Shown here: piece by piece, positions 10,533 to 25,031 of the stretch
Layout: each line of letters starts with the position of its first letter
How positions within the stretch are numbered: position 1 is the first letter of the stretch
NCBI GenBank assembly: GCA_002104905.1
Contig: MCFE01000104.1
Location: 107,031 to 171,030, forward strand
DNA length: 64,000 nucleotides
Direction: 5' to 3'
Origin: Basidiobolus meristosporus CBS 931.73
Taxonomy: Eukaryota > Fungi > Basidiobolomycota
Made by a program: the position numbers and the translations under genes
The notes under the pieces: generated by a model
What the model was told of the DNA's origin: nothing
Database searches by the model: none
Seen by the model: only the letters and a program-made list of their open reading frames with translations

Positions 10533-12262
10533 TTATGTCAGTTTCACTCGTTTGGTTTGCCGATTTTCGTTGAATTTCGCCTTAAATATCAATGAGTTTG
10601 TGAGGATTTTATAACGTGAGTGGATACACATACCTTCAAGCCCTTCAGTTCGTTTGTAATGCTTTCCGCCTTGATTCGTAATTCAGATGCTACATGACAC
10701 ATGGCCAAGCATGATTAGGACCAAGCAAATAACCTAAAAATGGACCTTATTTACCAGTACTCAGCAACAATAGATCCGTATCCTCTACAGGCCCGTATTG
10801 TAAAATCATCTTCTCAAAGCTCTCCAGCTTTCTTCGCAAGATGATGGTTTCATTCATGATACCTTCAACATCCACACTGCGGCGTTTGTCAAAGGCTTGT
10901 TTGCTAAAGAGATCCGAGTTTTAATGATCATTCGGCTGAAGCTGTTGAGAATTAATGCGCAGTACTGACTTGGCCATGGTTGTTGTCAACCTGTATTGTA
11001 ATCCATCGATTTTCTTGCCGTTTTGATTCTCGCATTCTCTCAACATTTCCTAAAATCCAATTTCGATTTAGCAAAGCTCGTATGATTCAAGCAGGCATTA
11101 GAATCCGTTACTCTTAGTTGCTTGATCTCCACTGCCTGCTTGGCAGTCAGTTCATCACATTCTCTTAGCTTGGCTGCTAACTTTTTAGTCTCTTGACTGG
11201 ACGTTGTTTTCTTATCAAGATTCCTCAGTTGTTCCACCTCGTGGCTAAGCTCGTAATATTGCTCCATCAGTTGTTGCTCTTTCAGCATATACTGCTTTTT
11301 AATCATAACGATGTCTATCAACTCCAATGTAAATAAATGTAGTGTGATGCAGTCATGGCGAATTTACCTTTGGTGTTTTCACGCGTCAGAGCCTTCAAGC
11401 GCTTGTTTTTGTCCAGAAGAACTTCCACTGTCGAGGTGAATCTCTCTCGTATTGTCTTTTCCTCCTGAGCATGTTGATCATTGAGTAGAGCTAACTGCCG
11501 ATTTAGCTGGGTATTGTATTGTTTCTGTAGGGTGATTGAGTCACCATCACATCTATTAACATCTTTCGATAACGAACGTACCTGTTCTTCTAATCGTTGT
11601 TCTAGGTTGAATGTTTTCTCCCGGAGATACATGATCTCATCGTCCTTCGATATACTTATCAAATCCTAAGGGTGCCTCCACTTTGTTAGATGGCTAAAAG
11701 GAAGATTACTCATAGAGTTACATACCTCACTGTGAACGGCCTCGGTATCTTCTTCGTATACGTTTTCTATCTTTTTCCCGTTTACCAGCTCCTGCTGGAA
11801 CAGAGCTAGCAGATGCTGTATCTTTCTATTCTGTCTCATATTTTCAACTAGAGAATAAGAAGATCTTTTGAGTAGCTGTATGACAATGATTGTTAAGGGG
11901 AAAGTAAATACGCTTGAGTTGCTGATTCTCAGCTTTTATTTCTGAACTTTGCACTCTCTCCTGGTTTATTTCAGCTAGGGTTCTATCGTATTTTTCTTGG
12001 AGCAGAGATATCTCTTTCAAGCCGGAAGTCACTTTGCGATTCAATATTAACGTGTCGTTTTCCAGTGGCTTACAAACTTTATCCATTCTATTTACAAGCT
12101 CATTGATTTCCTCGTTGTAAAAACCTTGTATTAAAGTGGTCAGCTCTCGATTTTGAGTCTTGGAAATTCACAGAGCAACCTACCAACGCGTTTTCTATAA
12201 TATTCCAGTAATTCTTTTGATGGGGGTAACTGATCGATTTCATTTTGTACTTCATGGTCCAT
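10533..12262 (-). CDS. CCDC77-like coiled-coil protein (multi-exon; ends approximate)
   Basis: Exon peptides LPPSKELLEYYRKRV, RKIQHLLAL, KRRSVDVEG..ILRRKLESFEKMI and ITNELKGLK occur in the same order as recalled CCDC77 motifs (PSRELLEYYQKK, KKIQNLLAL, RRILEVEGF..LRQKL, QGELKNLK). Confidence 0.68.
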
Positions 12263-12779
12263 ATTATTCAAAACTTGGAAATCAAGAAGGAATTACTCTC
12301 ATTCAAGGAATTGCTCTCTATTTGTGATGGTGTCTCTACTCGCGACGATTATTTGTTTATATTATAAAATGCCGAAAAATAATCGGCTATGGACCGATTC
12401 ATCCAGTCATCACTCTGCAGTTTATTACCGTGTTTCGAGATTTGATGTTTGCCACTTGAAATCTCTTCACCAAGTTTGTGGCTTAGCAAATATAGGATAA
12501 ACTCACTCCACTTTATTCAGTAATAGAGTAGTAGCAGACTTCGATCATGACAGATAGCTCATCTACATCCACATTGTAGCAAGGACCATTAGGCAACGCA
12601 AAAATTAGCAACTCAAACTATAAAATAGTCAGGGTTATGATTATGACTAGGTATGAATGAAAGCGAGGATGTACTCTAAACAACTTGACAAGGCAATCAG
12701 GCCAAGTTAAATAAGACTGTCGTCTGAAAAGAGAATGGAGTTTTAGATATGAAGCAATCGAAGGCTTAAGAGATCACCT

Positions 12780-14849
12780 ACCATTTGAGTAATAACTATT
12801 ACCATTATTGTTTTGCAAGGGAGACCTACTAGGAGTTTGTATTGTCTGGGATGTGGGTGTAGGTGTTTGCGGACTACGGGACTATTGTGAGGTGTGTTGA
12901 GTTCCGGTAGTTAAACAAAATCAACAACTCACGATGAACACATACCTCAAATGAGATTCCGAGCAAGTCATCTAAAGGATTACCTACTCAACAAAACGAG
13001 TAAGTATTATACGGAGGAAAACCCTCAAAGAGAGAAGCACCAACCGCTCGAGGCTTGCTTGCCGGTCTCACTTGCTGGGGGTGTTGTTGCCAATGAAAGC
13101 CTGTCCATATCATCAAAATCAATCAAGGATATCTCATTCTCTTTTTGACCGTTGGGGCTGTTCGCGTTGGAATGGACACCAGGTAAACTACGCAGTAATT
13201 CTGGTTAGTTGCCATTAAAAAGATATTGCTGAGTGTTATTAGCACCTTTCATCGGAGTAAATTCCCTTTTGTATATTATTGTACCGTTCAATGGCTTGGA
13301 TCATTCGGTCGTTCAAAGTGAGAAGTCGGTCTAGGTTACAAGAAATGCTTAGTAGGGTAGTTTGCAGTTGTATGTTTGAGATATGAAAATACCCAAATCC
13401 TCCTCCTCCTCATTCTCGTGAATCAAACGCTGCACCTTTGGAAGGGTTGCTTTACATTTCTCATGAAACTCCTATATGGCTGATGTGAGTGATTGGTCAA
13501 CTCAAGGGAACTCAAGCTCTAGAGTACGTGAACTGTTTCGGAGGCTTTTTCATGTGGGCGCAAGTTGTTGAGCATATCTATATATAGCTGAACATCCTCT
13601 TCGATTTTTTCCAATTCTTTGTTGACTTCTTCTCGATAGTCGGGTTTTGAGCTGGTATCCTAAACACATAACGTGGCATGAATATGACCATCAACTAGAT
13701 TATATGTGAACATAAAGCACATACATATCCAGACATAATCTTCATCAGTTCGTTAGCTTCCTCCAAATCTTCTGGTCTGCCTCTCCGAATTAACTCTTGC
13801 AATTTCTACACAAACAATGTATGTATACTTTAGATATACCGAAAGATGCTGCCTGGTTGCGATTCATTTGTTACCGCGGACTGAGCTAATCTGTCTTCCT
13901 CTTCTAACTCGTCAGCTGATTTGAGAACCTGGATATTTGAATTGCGTTGTAGTGAATATCTGTACAATCGCTGATGTTGATGTCCGCAGCTTACATTAGC
14001 AGGGTTCATGACAGCAGTCACGTCTTTCTTCAGCCTTGGGAATCTGTAGCCTGATAAATGAATTATAGGATGTGTCAGAGGCAGAATCATGAAGCAGTTA
14101 TGATAACTATAAAGTACCCTTGGAGCGTAAAAGGCTAAACATATTCACGATGTTGACAAGGTCTTCTTTGTGTCGAGAATAAACACATATCGTTTTCTTC
14201 CATTCCTTTATCAGCTCGAGGATCTTCATTTGTACTGGGCTTGGGTTGCTCTGAAAACCCAAACGAACCGGAATACCATATTAAATCTCAAATAGGAATG
14301 CGAGCGCTCCGCTCGAAAGTGACGGCACTTACACTTTGTTGCTTAGGGAAATACTTCACCAAATCATTGAGGAATTCTTTGGTAGCGATTTGTAAATGAA
14401 ATGGATGACCACAATTTTTAACGCAATTATCCAAGAGCTAGTCATGATGAATTAGCGAGTAGACAATACGCCCTGCATCCAATATATATTACCTCAAGCC
14501 CCAATAACCCAACGTGACTGTTCCGTGCGTTAATATAGTCAAGAATTGTAAACGCGGCTAATCTAGGGCTTTGTGTGACATTCAGGGAATCAGTAGATCT
14601 ATGGGCTCCAAGGAATTCAAAGAACTTACTAGTTTTTCTGCTTCTCATTAACTAAATCACATATTTCCAGATTCAAAGCCAGATCTGGATCCATCAAACC
14701 AGGCCTACATGCTCGTTCTTGGCAAGAAAATATGAGTAAAGGCTGCCAAGAGAAAGCACAGAGGACCAGTAAAAGCAGTGGTCACTACCTATCATAGACT
14801 TTAAACGCTCTTCAGTTTCATTAAACGACGGTAACGAAAACATATCCAT
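12780..14849 (-). CDS. GGA: GGA-family adaptor (VHS + GAT; multi-exon; 3' end uncertain)
   Basis: ERACRPGLMDPDLALNLEICDLVN, CVKNCGHPFHLQIATKEFLNDL (VHS) and LQELIRRGRPEDLEEANELMKIMSG (GAT). No GAE domain could be resolved by eye. Confidence 0.85.
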
Positions 14850-15229
14850 ATTAACACAAAGGGGGACGTTAAGAGTATTCAAAGAGTTGCTGAATGATAT
14901 ATAGGCTTCTTGCAACTGAAGTAGACACAACTTCGTAACTCAGCGCTTACACTTGATTCCGTGGCGCTACTCGGTATGCTTGATAAGATCTTGGAAATTC
15001 TAACCAAATTCCACCGAATATATTTATTATCCGATATCGGTGAAATTGGATCTGAAATAGGAAGAAATCTATCCAAACAACATCACAAAAATACAAGGCA
15101 ACCGCAGAGGCTCGCTAAGAATTCAAGTAGTTTTATTCACTCAAGAACAGACCGAACAATTCAACTGACAGTATCACTCATGGGTCGTCTAGTGAATACA
15201 TCTCTGCGTATCAGCTCCGAGGTGACAAT

Positions 15230-15528
15230 TTATTTGTCAGAAGTAGGAGCAGGGTTCATTCTGCGCTTACCACCGATGAGGTTGGTAACGTTAACGAAGC
15301 GACGGTTGTATTGGATTCTCTTCTTGGCACGACCAGTCTTCTTCTTTTTCTTTTCTTGTTTCTCTACCTTAGGGCATTGAGACTTGACCTTACCGGCACG
15401 AGCGAGGGAACCGTGTACTTTACCCTACAGTAGATAAGTTAATAATCTATACACTACACGACTGCTGTCTAACAGATGGATGGCTATGTGAATAGGATGC
15501 ACGAGCTACGAATATGATAACGTACCAT
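15230..15528 (-). CDS. RPS30: 40S ribosomal protein S30 (ATG-only exon 15526-15528; exon 2 15230-15424)
   Basis: M|[46 protein letters not shown]; phase-0 GTACG..CTGTAG intron. Not in the ORF track. Confidence 0.96.
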
Positions 15529-15767
15529 GTTGAGCTGACAACAATAGATGAATTGGGAAGAGGGTTCAGTAGACCTCCGCAACTAGCCTATATCACTTCT
15601 ACCACCTGGCCCATGATTGGTCGAGCAATTTTAACTAATCTATGTATCCCGAGGCACAAAAATTCTTTTGTCAGTACAGATCCAATGTGCATTTACTGAC
15701 AGAATCTCTATTTTATTATTTTTATCTATGGAAACAAGCAAGCAACAATCTCGGAACATGCAAACTA

Positions 15768-16551
15768 TCATGATTGGAAACCAAGTCCACCACGACCTTT
15801 GAATTGTTGTTTGCGAAGCCTGAGCCCATTTTCATACTGTTTCTCAAGTGCTACATTCATTTTTTTGGCATACTCCGAATCGATAGCCGTTTGACCGGTT
15901 GATTGGGTACTTAACGAGCCAAACAAGCCTTTCTTTTTGCCCCCGTCTTCACCACCTTTCTTGGCGCCCAATAGTCGCAAAAACTTGTCTTTTCGTTCTT
16001 CGTTATCAAAACTAGCTGCTGACCAGTTGTTCCAACCACCACTGCTAGTAGTTTCGCTAGGTTTCTAAAAGAAAGGTCGAATTAGGAATGACACAAGTAC
16101 AATAGCAAATAAAAGGGTTTACCGTTTCTTTTTCCTGGGCTGATTCATTTTCGGAGGAGCTAGAATCTGAGGTGTCGGATTTTGACTTCTTGGAGGACTT
16201 GGATTTACTTTTTTCCTCGTGCTTCCGCTTCTTACTTTTCTTCTCCTTTTTCGAGTCTTTGTCCTTTTCCTCCTTTTTGCTCTTTTTCTCCTTCTCCTTG
16301 CTCTCCTTTTTACTCTTCTTCTTCTCCTCCTTCTCCTTGCTCTCCTTTGTACTCTTCTTCTCCTCCTTCTCCTTGCTCTCCTTTGTACTCTTCTTCTCCT
16401 CCTTCTCCTTGCTCTTCACTTTTTTGTCGTTTTTGTCAGACTTTTTGGATTTCTCCTTCTTTGATTTGTCGCGACTCTCCTTTTTTGAGAGATTCTCCAC
16501 CTCCTTCTCCTCCACGTGCTTTCTCTTCTTTGTGGTACGCTCTTCTCCCAT
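15768..16551 (-). CDS. Lysine-rich protein with C-terminal SMAP (small acidic protein) domain, 2 exons
   Basis: KEKEEKKS-type repeats, then after an intron WNNWSAASFDNEERKDKFLRLLGAKK...LEKQY...GRGGLGF. Confidence 0.8.
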
Positions 16552-17831
16552 TTGTGAAAGTGACAAGATCGATCTCCAAGCAAGCGTGAGGTATAGACGT
16601 GAAATAATATGTGAGGTTTTTTTGATCAGCCAGGAAATCTTTTTGTTTCTCATCAGAAAATTCCAGGATTTTTCATAAATCTGAGCCATGCAAATATCTA
16701 AATCACTCACTCTACTAACTCACCCAAGTATGATGAAGTGTCTGACCTTCCTCTCCTACATTGAGAATATCAGCAGAGTTGAATTGGTTGAATCTGCAAA
16801 TCAATATTGCCTTGGGGTGCGGATAGCGAAGAAGTTGAAAAGCCTAGCGTTCGTATAGATAGCAAGGAAACTGAATGCATACGATCCTCATAGCAGATGT
16901 CTATATTCGGAAAGCAGGGTTGAAATGGTATTCAACATCGACTTTGACACATGTTCCAATCACGGAAGCAAAGGCAAGCGTACAGAGCAAATAGCAGGAA
17001 TATGGCTCGCGTATATTCCCATTGGCCTATTGATGTGGCCAGCGATTTCGTCGATATGTCAACTGACTAATAAGCCTATCGACATTCACCATCACTAAGC
17101 TTCTGTTTATTGACTTGAGCCATGGTGATTGGAATACTAATGGCGCGGGAACCACATTCGCACCCAAGCTGATGGGATAATTAACAGTCCAAATCCACCA
17201 TTTTGGATTTTATCACATATCGTTGACGAAGTCGCACCAAGCTTGCAATTCAGCTGAAAGCGTCGACTGCCTCATTCCGAATAAAATATACTCGATTAAT
17301 GATGTATCACCAAATAAATGATCCTTGCGAAATTAGGTTTACCTTAAATGCCTTATTTTAGGAGCCATTGAATTAATTAATACAGTGGTGATTTCTTAAG
17401 ACGAAATAAGTTTGATGAGTATTACAAAATTATCTCATCGGGCACTCTCTGATTTATGATGCAACTATGGGGTAGCCTGCCATATCGAGATGATGGTCAT
17501 TACCCATTGCTTTTTTACCTTGTCTATATATGGTGATACCCTTTCTCCATCATTGGCTGGCTCAAGTGTAGAAATTTCCCCACGGATCCATCTGATGGAT
17601 CAAATTCATTCCTTTGATCAACTTAAAAGCCCCAGACCCCATTAATCTCCTCAACTATATCTTGCCAACTGGAAGTTCATCACTTAGCTGCTCCATTCTT
17701 GGCGATTTCACCGCTTGCCTTTTTGTCACAAATTGGTCACACCTTGTCAAACCAGCACAAGCCGTTAATTGTCTTCCTCACCTCTTGTGGTTTACAAGTT
17801 CACTCCCTTCCTGCTTTTCTGCTAGCATCTC

Positions 17832-19896
17832 ATGACCGTTATGATGCAAGAAAACAAATGGCCTGTGCAAACACAGCACTTACAACCTATGTCTCTTCCT
17901 CATCAGTCCATTCAACATAACTTAACACCAATGCATTCGCAAAACGAAAGCTTTGTTGATAGTTACCAGTATTCCGAACAAGCTCACTTGCCCTCCAACA
18001 ATATGTATGTTACTAGTTGATACGATGTGTAATAATGTCAGAGCCTGAACGTTTCTGCTTTTCTTAGGCCTTCCCAGCAGCCTGACCAATCTGCACCCCC
18101 AATGTTCTTGGCTCCTTTGCCTCAGAAACCAGATATCGATCCCGTGAGGTCAGCATATCAAAGGTTGGTGTGATTGTTGGTAGACGCGCAGCTGTACACG
18201 TTGCTAACGAAGACATGTCTATTATCTAGTGCTAGCTACATGTCAAACATGCCCATGCATTCGTCAATTCCTCGACCCATGGATATGGCTAAACCACGTT
18301 TGACGGTTCCTCCACACTTTGACAGGAAATATTCATTGGATAGCTCGTTGGCAAACATGTCTTATGGCGCACCTTCATTCCACCCTACTCTACGCAAACG
18401 TAGATCCGATTCCCTTGGTTTCCCTAACGAGGCTGGCCCTTACTTCACACAAACCAAGCAGCATTACAACTTATACAGTATGGATAAAACCAATAGGTAA
18501 GTGGAGCCGCAGCGCATCAATTCAAGCCTCATCGTCGTAGCATTCTAATTAATCAATCAAATCTTGATATTATAATAGTTACTCTATTCGTGTCGACTCC
18601 AAATTTGATCGTGGCTTCTTTTTGGCTGATAACGATTGGACTTGTTACCGCCGTAATTATTTCCAAGTTAGCACCGCTTTCTCGCTTATTGGATCCAACC
18701 ATCCACCATCAGACCCGGAGTGTCCATGCATCGTTGATGTGGATGGCGTCCAGCATACTGTGGTTCAATTTTCCTTGGGCGTGACCGCTCGAGTGTCCAA
18801 CAGTGACAAGAAAATCGATCTGATACAACACACTCCAAAGAGAGACAAAGGCCCACAAACCACACCAGCCGCTAGACCAATTCGTGCTGGCGGAAACGTG
18901 AACCTGAGCTCTGTTGGATCGAATCAAACGATAGTCACTTTTGAGCGTATCCAATTCAAGACTGCCACAGCAAACAATGGCAAAAGACGTGCCGCTCAGC
19001 AGTACTACGTTCTCGTAGTTGAGCTGTTGGCGGAATGCGACAATGGCGAGCAATACAAGGTGGCCTCTACACAATCAGCACCGCTGGTTGTCCGTGGCCG
19101 TAGTCCCGGCCATTATGCCGATAGTCATGAGCGCTTCAATCCCATGGTGAACGGGCCTTCCTCTGACAGCAGATATTTCTCTCCACATAGAATGTCTGCT
19201 GATATGGGCTCGCCATACACAAACTTTGCTCCCTATGCACCTTTTCCTGCTCAATCGCCATCACAAATGATGATGACCCCACCTACACCAAATACTGGCA
19301 ATACCTTTCAAAACCCATCACCATACATGATGTCGGGCATGTCAGAAAGCAGCAATGCTACACCAGAAATCTTCTCCAATGGAATGAACTCTGCGATGAA
19401 TTCTGGCCTGAATTCACCGAATCCAAACGAGGTAGGATCTCAGGGTCAACTACCCCAGGGTGCCTTACCAAGAATGAATCAACTCCCTGTGGGACTCAAC
19501 ATTCACAATGTGCAACCTGAAGGAGACGATGTATGGTCGCGTTCGCGTAATAACTCTGCCGCAAGTGTTGGGGCATATCAACCTGGAAACGGGTATAGCG
19601 CCGAGGACAACAATGGATACCATCATCCGGTATCGATGTCCAATTCTGCCTTCAGCAATTATGATAACGAAAGCAAATCGCAGATCAGCAACATGAACCC
19701 TGATCGCTTCAATGGATCAGACAGCTTGAATAATCAAGGAATGGGTGGCCCCTACAACACACAAGACTATTCAAACAATCTTCAATGGCAAGGACACCAC
19801 TCAAACGGGTACAGCCATGAGACCGAGCGCCAAATGACCTCTCATCCCATGCAACATCATCAATACTCTTACAACGCACCACACCAGGCCAAGTAA
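17832..19896 (+). CDS. NDT80/PhoG-family transcription factor (spliced 5' part; start approximate)
   Basis: DRGFFLADNDWTCYRRNYFQV, QHTPKRDKGP, FERIQFKTATANNGKRRAAQQYYVL, VRGRSPGHY, followed by a low-complexity S/N/P tail. Confidence 0.92.
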
Positions 19897-22800
19897 ATGT
19901 AATCGATAATCTTGGTAGACACTTGCCCGTCTATTATTCTTTTTGGAATACTTTGTACATGATCAACTGCATTACTTTTATTACTTTACAGAGCACTTGT
20001 TATTTTTCCACCGCACCATTTCTCTCTCTCCCTCTCTTGGTAGATCAACATTGCTTGCACTAAATGATCTACGACTTGCCATCTTTTCAGAGACATTATG
20101 TACACTCTTCACTTGGGTCCACATCCAGTCGTCAACATGGAATTCCTATACTTTTAATGTAATGAAATTGACCACTTGATTTGGCCCAGAAGAAATCCGG
20201 CACATCACTCATTAAAAATAAAACACGATTTTGTATAAAATATTCATGGGACTCTCGGCATCCAGATGATTTCCTCAATGGCAACTAGGGAGCTTTAATT
20301 GGTGGCAGGTACGGGATAACCTTGTGTTCGCCGACCCAACTTTGGCGTACTCTGGGGTAACCAACCTCCAGTAACCTAAGAGTACGCAGGTGTTCGGGTA
20401 TTCGAAGTATTATTACTGATTTGCGCTATAATACAGGTACTTATTAAAATACACTGATCGAGCTAGTATCTTGGGTCGCTCAGTATAGAGTCTATCTCAT
20501 CAGATTCTATCGAGGAGCTCAATTGCTCTAGACGACACCAAATCACTCGTCATTTAGGTTGGTTTCATATTTGACTAAATGCTCTATATTCATTCGACAC
20601 GTTTCTGGATAACAAATAAGATTCGAAGTTACGATGTTGAGAATATATTTCCTGAGATCTAGGCCAATCAAGCAGATTCAAATGCGAGTCCATGACCCTC
20701 GTTGAAATTCATTGGTCGAGCGTGATTGGAGCAGCAGAGGAATATATATGATTTGAAGTCTCATCATTTCCGGAAAAACTCCTGGACATTATTCAATCCA
20801 ACTCGGGCGCGTGTCGATTGGCTCCTGAAGCTTCCAAAACGAGATTTCGCTGGTAAAGAACATGGGAAGATTTCTTTGCCCAATTTTGGCAATATGGGCC
20901 TCGCATTGGATAAATTGTACATTAATATATCGACCGCTACCGATGGCTTGCCATTTATGGTCCCCTCAATTGGTGAATTCTTACCTACACACATTACTTT
21001 GTATTGGAGGCTTCGGTCAATTAATCCAGAATCCATTGGAATAAGATACGCTTCCGACCATAACCCAGATGAGACATTCATTAGCAGTGTTTACAATTCT
21101 GTCACGACCCATTGGCAAGCTCAGCTGGAGGAGCAAGCATATATACCTTTATTGGCTGCTTGTTCTCAAACACCCACCATGGTTGTAGATCTACGTGGAC
21201 AATGACCACATGTATGCGAACTGACAATTTCCAGATAACCTCTTCGTATCATGCTGACCCTTTTCATCCTTATTGCGAGACATGGTGTTACCTCAACTAG
21301 GCAAAGCATCATTCATGGGATTCGGTATTGACCATTGAGATCTCTATCGATGGGGGTAATTTACCTGATCACATGGATCTGCTTAAAAAGAAAAGCTTAA
21401 TTCAACTTGGTGTGGTGGCAAATATACTGTTGCTAAAATGATTCTAGATTGATATCGGATGCCCAATAAATGGCGAAAGCAATTATCAATAATTAACGGA
21501 ATATTGGGGCTGGTTAGGCAGGTTATTTTTAGTAGAGGTCCAATATGGAGTGGAGGGAGAAGTATATTGGGATAAATCTCATCAACCAAGAGCCCTTGAG
21601 GGCGCAACAGCGATTCACTTGGGCACTGATTGGCTCCGGTGTCCATGTGCCTCAGCGATGAACCCCAATTCCTGACACGCACACCAGAGCTAAATCAGGA
21701 TATAGTGCAATTAATGTCTAAATTCGTTTTAGCATCTACGAATGCTGCCTTCAGTCCGCATCTTGATTATAATACTCTAACTCTCGATCTGCGATTTGGT
21801 ACTAGCAAGGTAGATTCATCTAAATCACGATTACGCCATACCTTGCTGATGTCCTATATCTGCTTGTTCCTTTCCCGAAAGTCCCGATAAGCCCATGCTT
21901 GGCCATCAGCCACGACAAAGCCGCTCAATGGACGCTGAGGGCTTGCGATAGGAAGCCCATGTGATTAGGTGTGCCATTCCCTTGAATCCACACTCTGGGG
22001 ACTTTGTTGCCTAGGCTTGATGTGTGTTGATCAAAATGTGCATTGGCGAAGCATAGGACACGGTAACGCATAATTTTCTAAAACCTGCCAAATGGCTGTG
22101 CAACCAGTTAATTGACCTTGGAGTCAAGGTAAACCTTGGGGTAGACACTGACTACCCATGTGCTTGATCTGATCTCGCGGTGAGATCCTGTTCTCTACAC
22201 CTCATCAACCCCGAATAGCCAAAAGGAACAGTCGCACCAATTACACAAAGCAATCTGGTACCATTGGCTGGGTTTTACTTGGTTCCCAATCGCGCTGCAC
22301 CGACGGGTCTTCGTGTAGTGGAATTGCTTCGAATTTAGGATTTTCTGAGAAACGGTGTACATAGCATATATCCTTTTGATATTAGCGCACAAGATTAACA
22401 GGCCAAGTTTGCTGTAAATTCGTCTTAATGATGCTCCTTTCGAGGTGGGCGCCTTTGGGGATCCGGAAACATCCTGTTGCGCTTAAACCAGACACGATGC
22501 ACTTCGAATTCTGGACCCTTTTGGTGGTTTATTGGATGGGTGGATGATTCGGCAATGTAACACCTCCTTCCTAATGGGCCGATGGAAGTCACGCTTGGTG
22601 GTGTATCTATAAGATCGACATTTCGAATGTGTGATACAGATGTTGATATTTTCAGAGTGGAGGTTACTGAATGATACCCATGAGTAAGCACACATTGATT
22701 GCGTAGTGACCCAATGCGTCAGTGGATATGACTCGACCTACATGGTAAGATTTATCTTGGCAATGGAAACCAGATGGTTGCATGATTGCTCGCTATCACG

Positions 22801-23847
22801 ATTGTTGTTGGGTTGGCACAAGATTTTGCGCAACTTGACCGAAAGGGTTAACAACTTCAGTGTGCAGATGTGAGCTACAAGGTTGGTGTATCTGAAATTC
22901 CCTGTGATGAGGAAAAACCGGCTCCTTTCTCATGTGCATTCCATCGAAGGAATCGCTCTGCTTGCCCGGTTAAATTCTCGCTTCAATCACTGATTAAGGA
23001 TACTATGGGCCAATCACATGGTCACTATGTAGGCTCCATGCTACGTGATTGATATGGTCGGATCCCATATCGGCAGTTTGGGTTTAACCGCGGTGGCAAA
23101 ATTAGCGGTGAGTCATACGTAGATTAGTTGAAGATTGAATGCGATAATCCGATTCTCAAATAAGTTTCATTTGATACGCAACAGGCAATAATACCATGAG
23201 TGTGCCAAACACAAACTCTAGAGAAATGTCGAGCTGGCAGGTTATCTCAATGGCCGGCCGTTCGGTCATGTCGTTGCCGGATTTCCCACCAGCTGTGCGT
23301 ATGACTCCGGTCCTCGTGCAATGCTCAACAAATAGTACACAGTAGGTGGATTTTTGGGTATAAGGAAATCGCTTGGCAACAACAACACTATGTTTGTGCT
23401 ATGCTAAATATTAAATGTACACTGGGTGCTTGTACTTGTTGGGCCCAAGCTATGTATCTAAGAATCGGGTTGGGGCAGAACAAGTTCCTTATCACTGGAT
23501 GGTCTGGTGATAATATCCTCTGTTTACACATACTAACTAATAATACCTGGTAGTACTGTATTACTGAACTAAGGACAAGGAATTTTGAAATGAAATCGAT
23601 GTTCTACTCGCATCACCTGCAAATCAAAAACTCACGTCCTTTATTCCTCGGTCAAATACGCTTTTGCGAGCTATATATCTTAATCTGGATAGTGTGGAGA
23701 TACCCATTGTAACCTTGACGTTTAAAGAGGGTGGATTCCCCAAGGGGATAAGCTCAATAGATTGACTCCAATAGCACAAAGTGCTCAATACAGAACTCCA
23801 GTGGGTTTGAATAACTTTTGGTATTTTATTGAGTGTTACCGGTAAAT

Positions 23848-24432
23848 CTATTGCTTGGAGAAGAACTCTTTGGAATCCTTGAGACCTGGCTTGATGGTGT
23901 CCTGACCCTTTTGCCAGTTGGCTGGGCAAACCTCACCGTGAATATCAGTGAATTGCAATGCCTCCAATAGTCTAAGCGTTTCATCTACTGATCTACCAAC
24001 TGGCAAATCATTCACTTGCATGATTCTCACATTCTGCAATGGATCAATGATAAACAATCCTCTGAGAGCTACGCCACTCTCTTCCAAATACACTCCGTAG
24101 TCCTTGGAAACCTGGTGAGTGACATCTGACAAAATAGGAATGTTCATTTGGCCTAGGCCACCTTGGGAACGTGGTGTGTTGGTCCATGCGAAATGGGCAA
24201 ACTCCGAGTCGGTTGAGCAGGCAACGAGAGCACAGTTAAGCTTGGCGAATTCTTCGGCTCTATCGCTGAAGGCGATGATTTCGGTGGGGCAAACGAAAGA
24301 GAAGTCCAATGGATAGAAGAAAAAGACGAGGTATTGACCTTTGTAGTCGGAGAGGGAGATCTCTTTGAATTCCCCATCCACAACGGCTTTACCACGGAAT
24401 TCGGGAGCAGCCTTTTGAATTTGAGCGACCAT
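23848..24432 (-). CDS. Typical 2-Cys peroxiredoxin (TSA1/Prx1 type)
   Basis: [15 protein letters not shown] and GEVCPANW motifs; 194 aa, single exon. Confidence 0.96.
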   Translation of the reverse strand: MVAQIQKAAPEFRGKAVVDGEFKEISLSDYKGQYLVFFFYPLDFSFVCPTEIIAFSDRAEEFAKLNCALVACSTDSEFAHFAWTNTPRSQGGLGQMNIPILSDVTHQVSKDYGVYLEESGVALRGLFIIDPLQNVRIMQVNDLPVGRSVDETLRLLEALQFTDIHGEVCPANWQKGQDTIKPGLKDSKEFFSKQ

Positions 24433-24874
24433 TATTGAGTATGTTTTACTTGAGTATGTTTATACAGCAATCAGGTTTTCAGAAGATCTTTATATACTTG
24501 ACAGCTGTTCTTCTTGCTTGTTGCAACCAGATGGTACCTCCTCTATTACTAATCTCGATAATGACACATATACACAAGCTCCAATGAAATGCTTGGGCAG
24601 AATTAAGAAATTGCCATTAGTCATCAATCCAAGTAGAGATATGCTAACACTAGACAGTATGAACCTTATTAGTTCCTAATTCTCGAAAGGTTGATCTATA
24701 GTGGTGGCAGTAGAGATATCTTAGGCAAGCTCTGGTGTAGTGGTAGGGAGTATCCAAATTTGTCCATTACTAATGTCAATTGCTCAAAAAGTCGAGTTTC
24801 GACTATTGATGTTTCTAACCAATTGCAAGCCTGCCCTACATGGCTAGATCGCCATTGATTGATAATTCGTCCAC

Positions 24875-25031
24875 TTTTGTTTACTTACGCAGCTTTGATT
24901 TGATTCTTCGATAAATGATAGTTAGTTCATCCTGGCTACTTTATGTGAAATTTTTGTTTACTTGAGCAGCTTTGATTTGATTCTTCGATAAATGATGATT
25001 AGTTCATCCTGGCTACTTTATGTGAAATTTT
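24875..25031. repeat. 77-bp tandem duplication
   Basis: Two copies of ttttgtttactt..cagctttgatttgattcttcgataaatgat..tgtgaaat with a few substitutions. Confidence 0.9.

Noticed and set aside
16172-16678. Hydrophobic F/S/L-rich ORFs on the + strand
   Set aside because: Antisense shadows of the Lys/Glu-rich repeats of the SMAP-domain gene.
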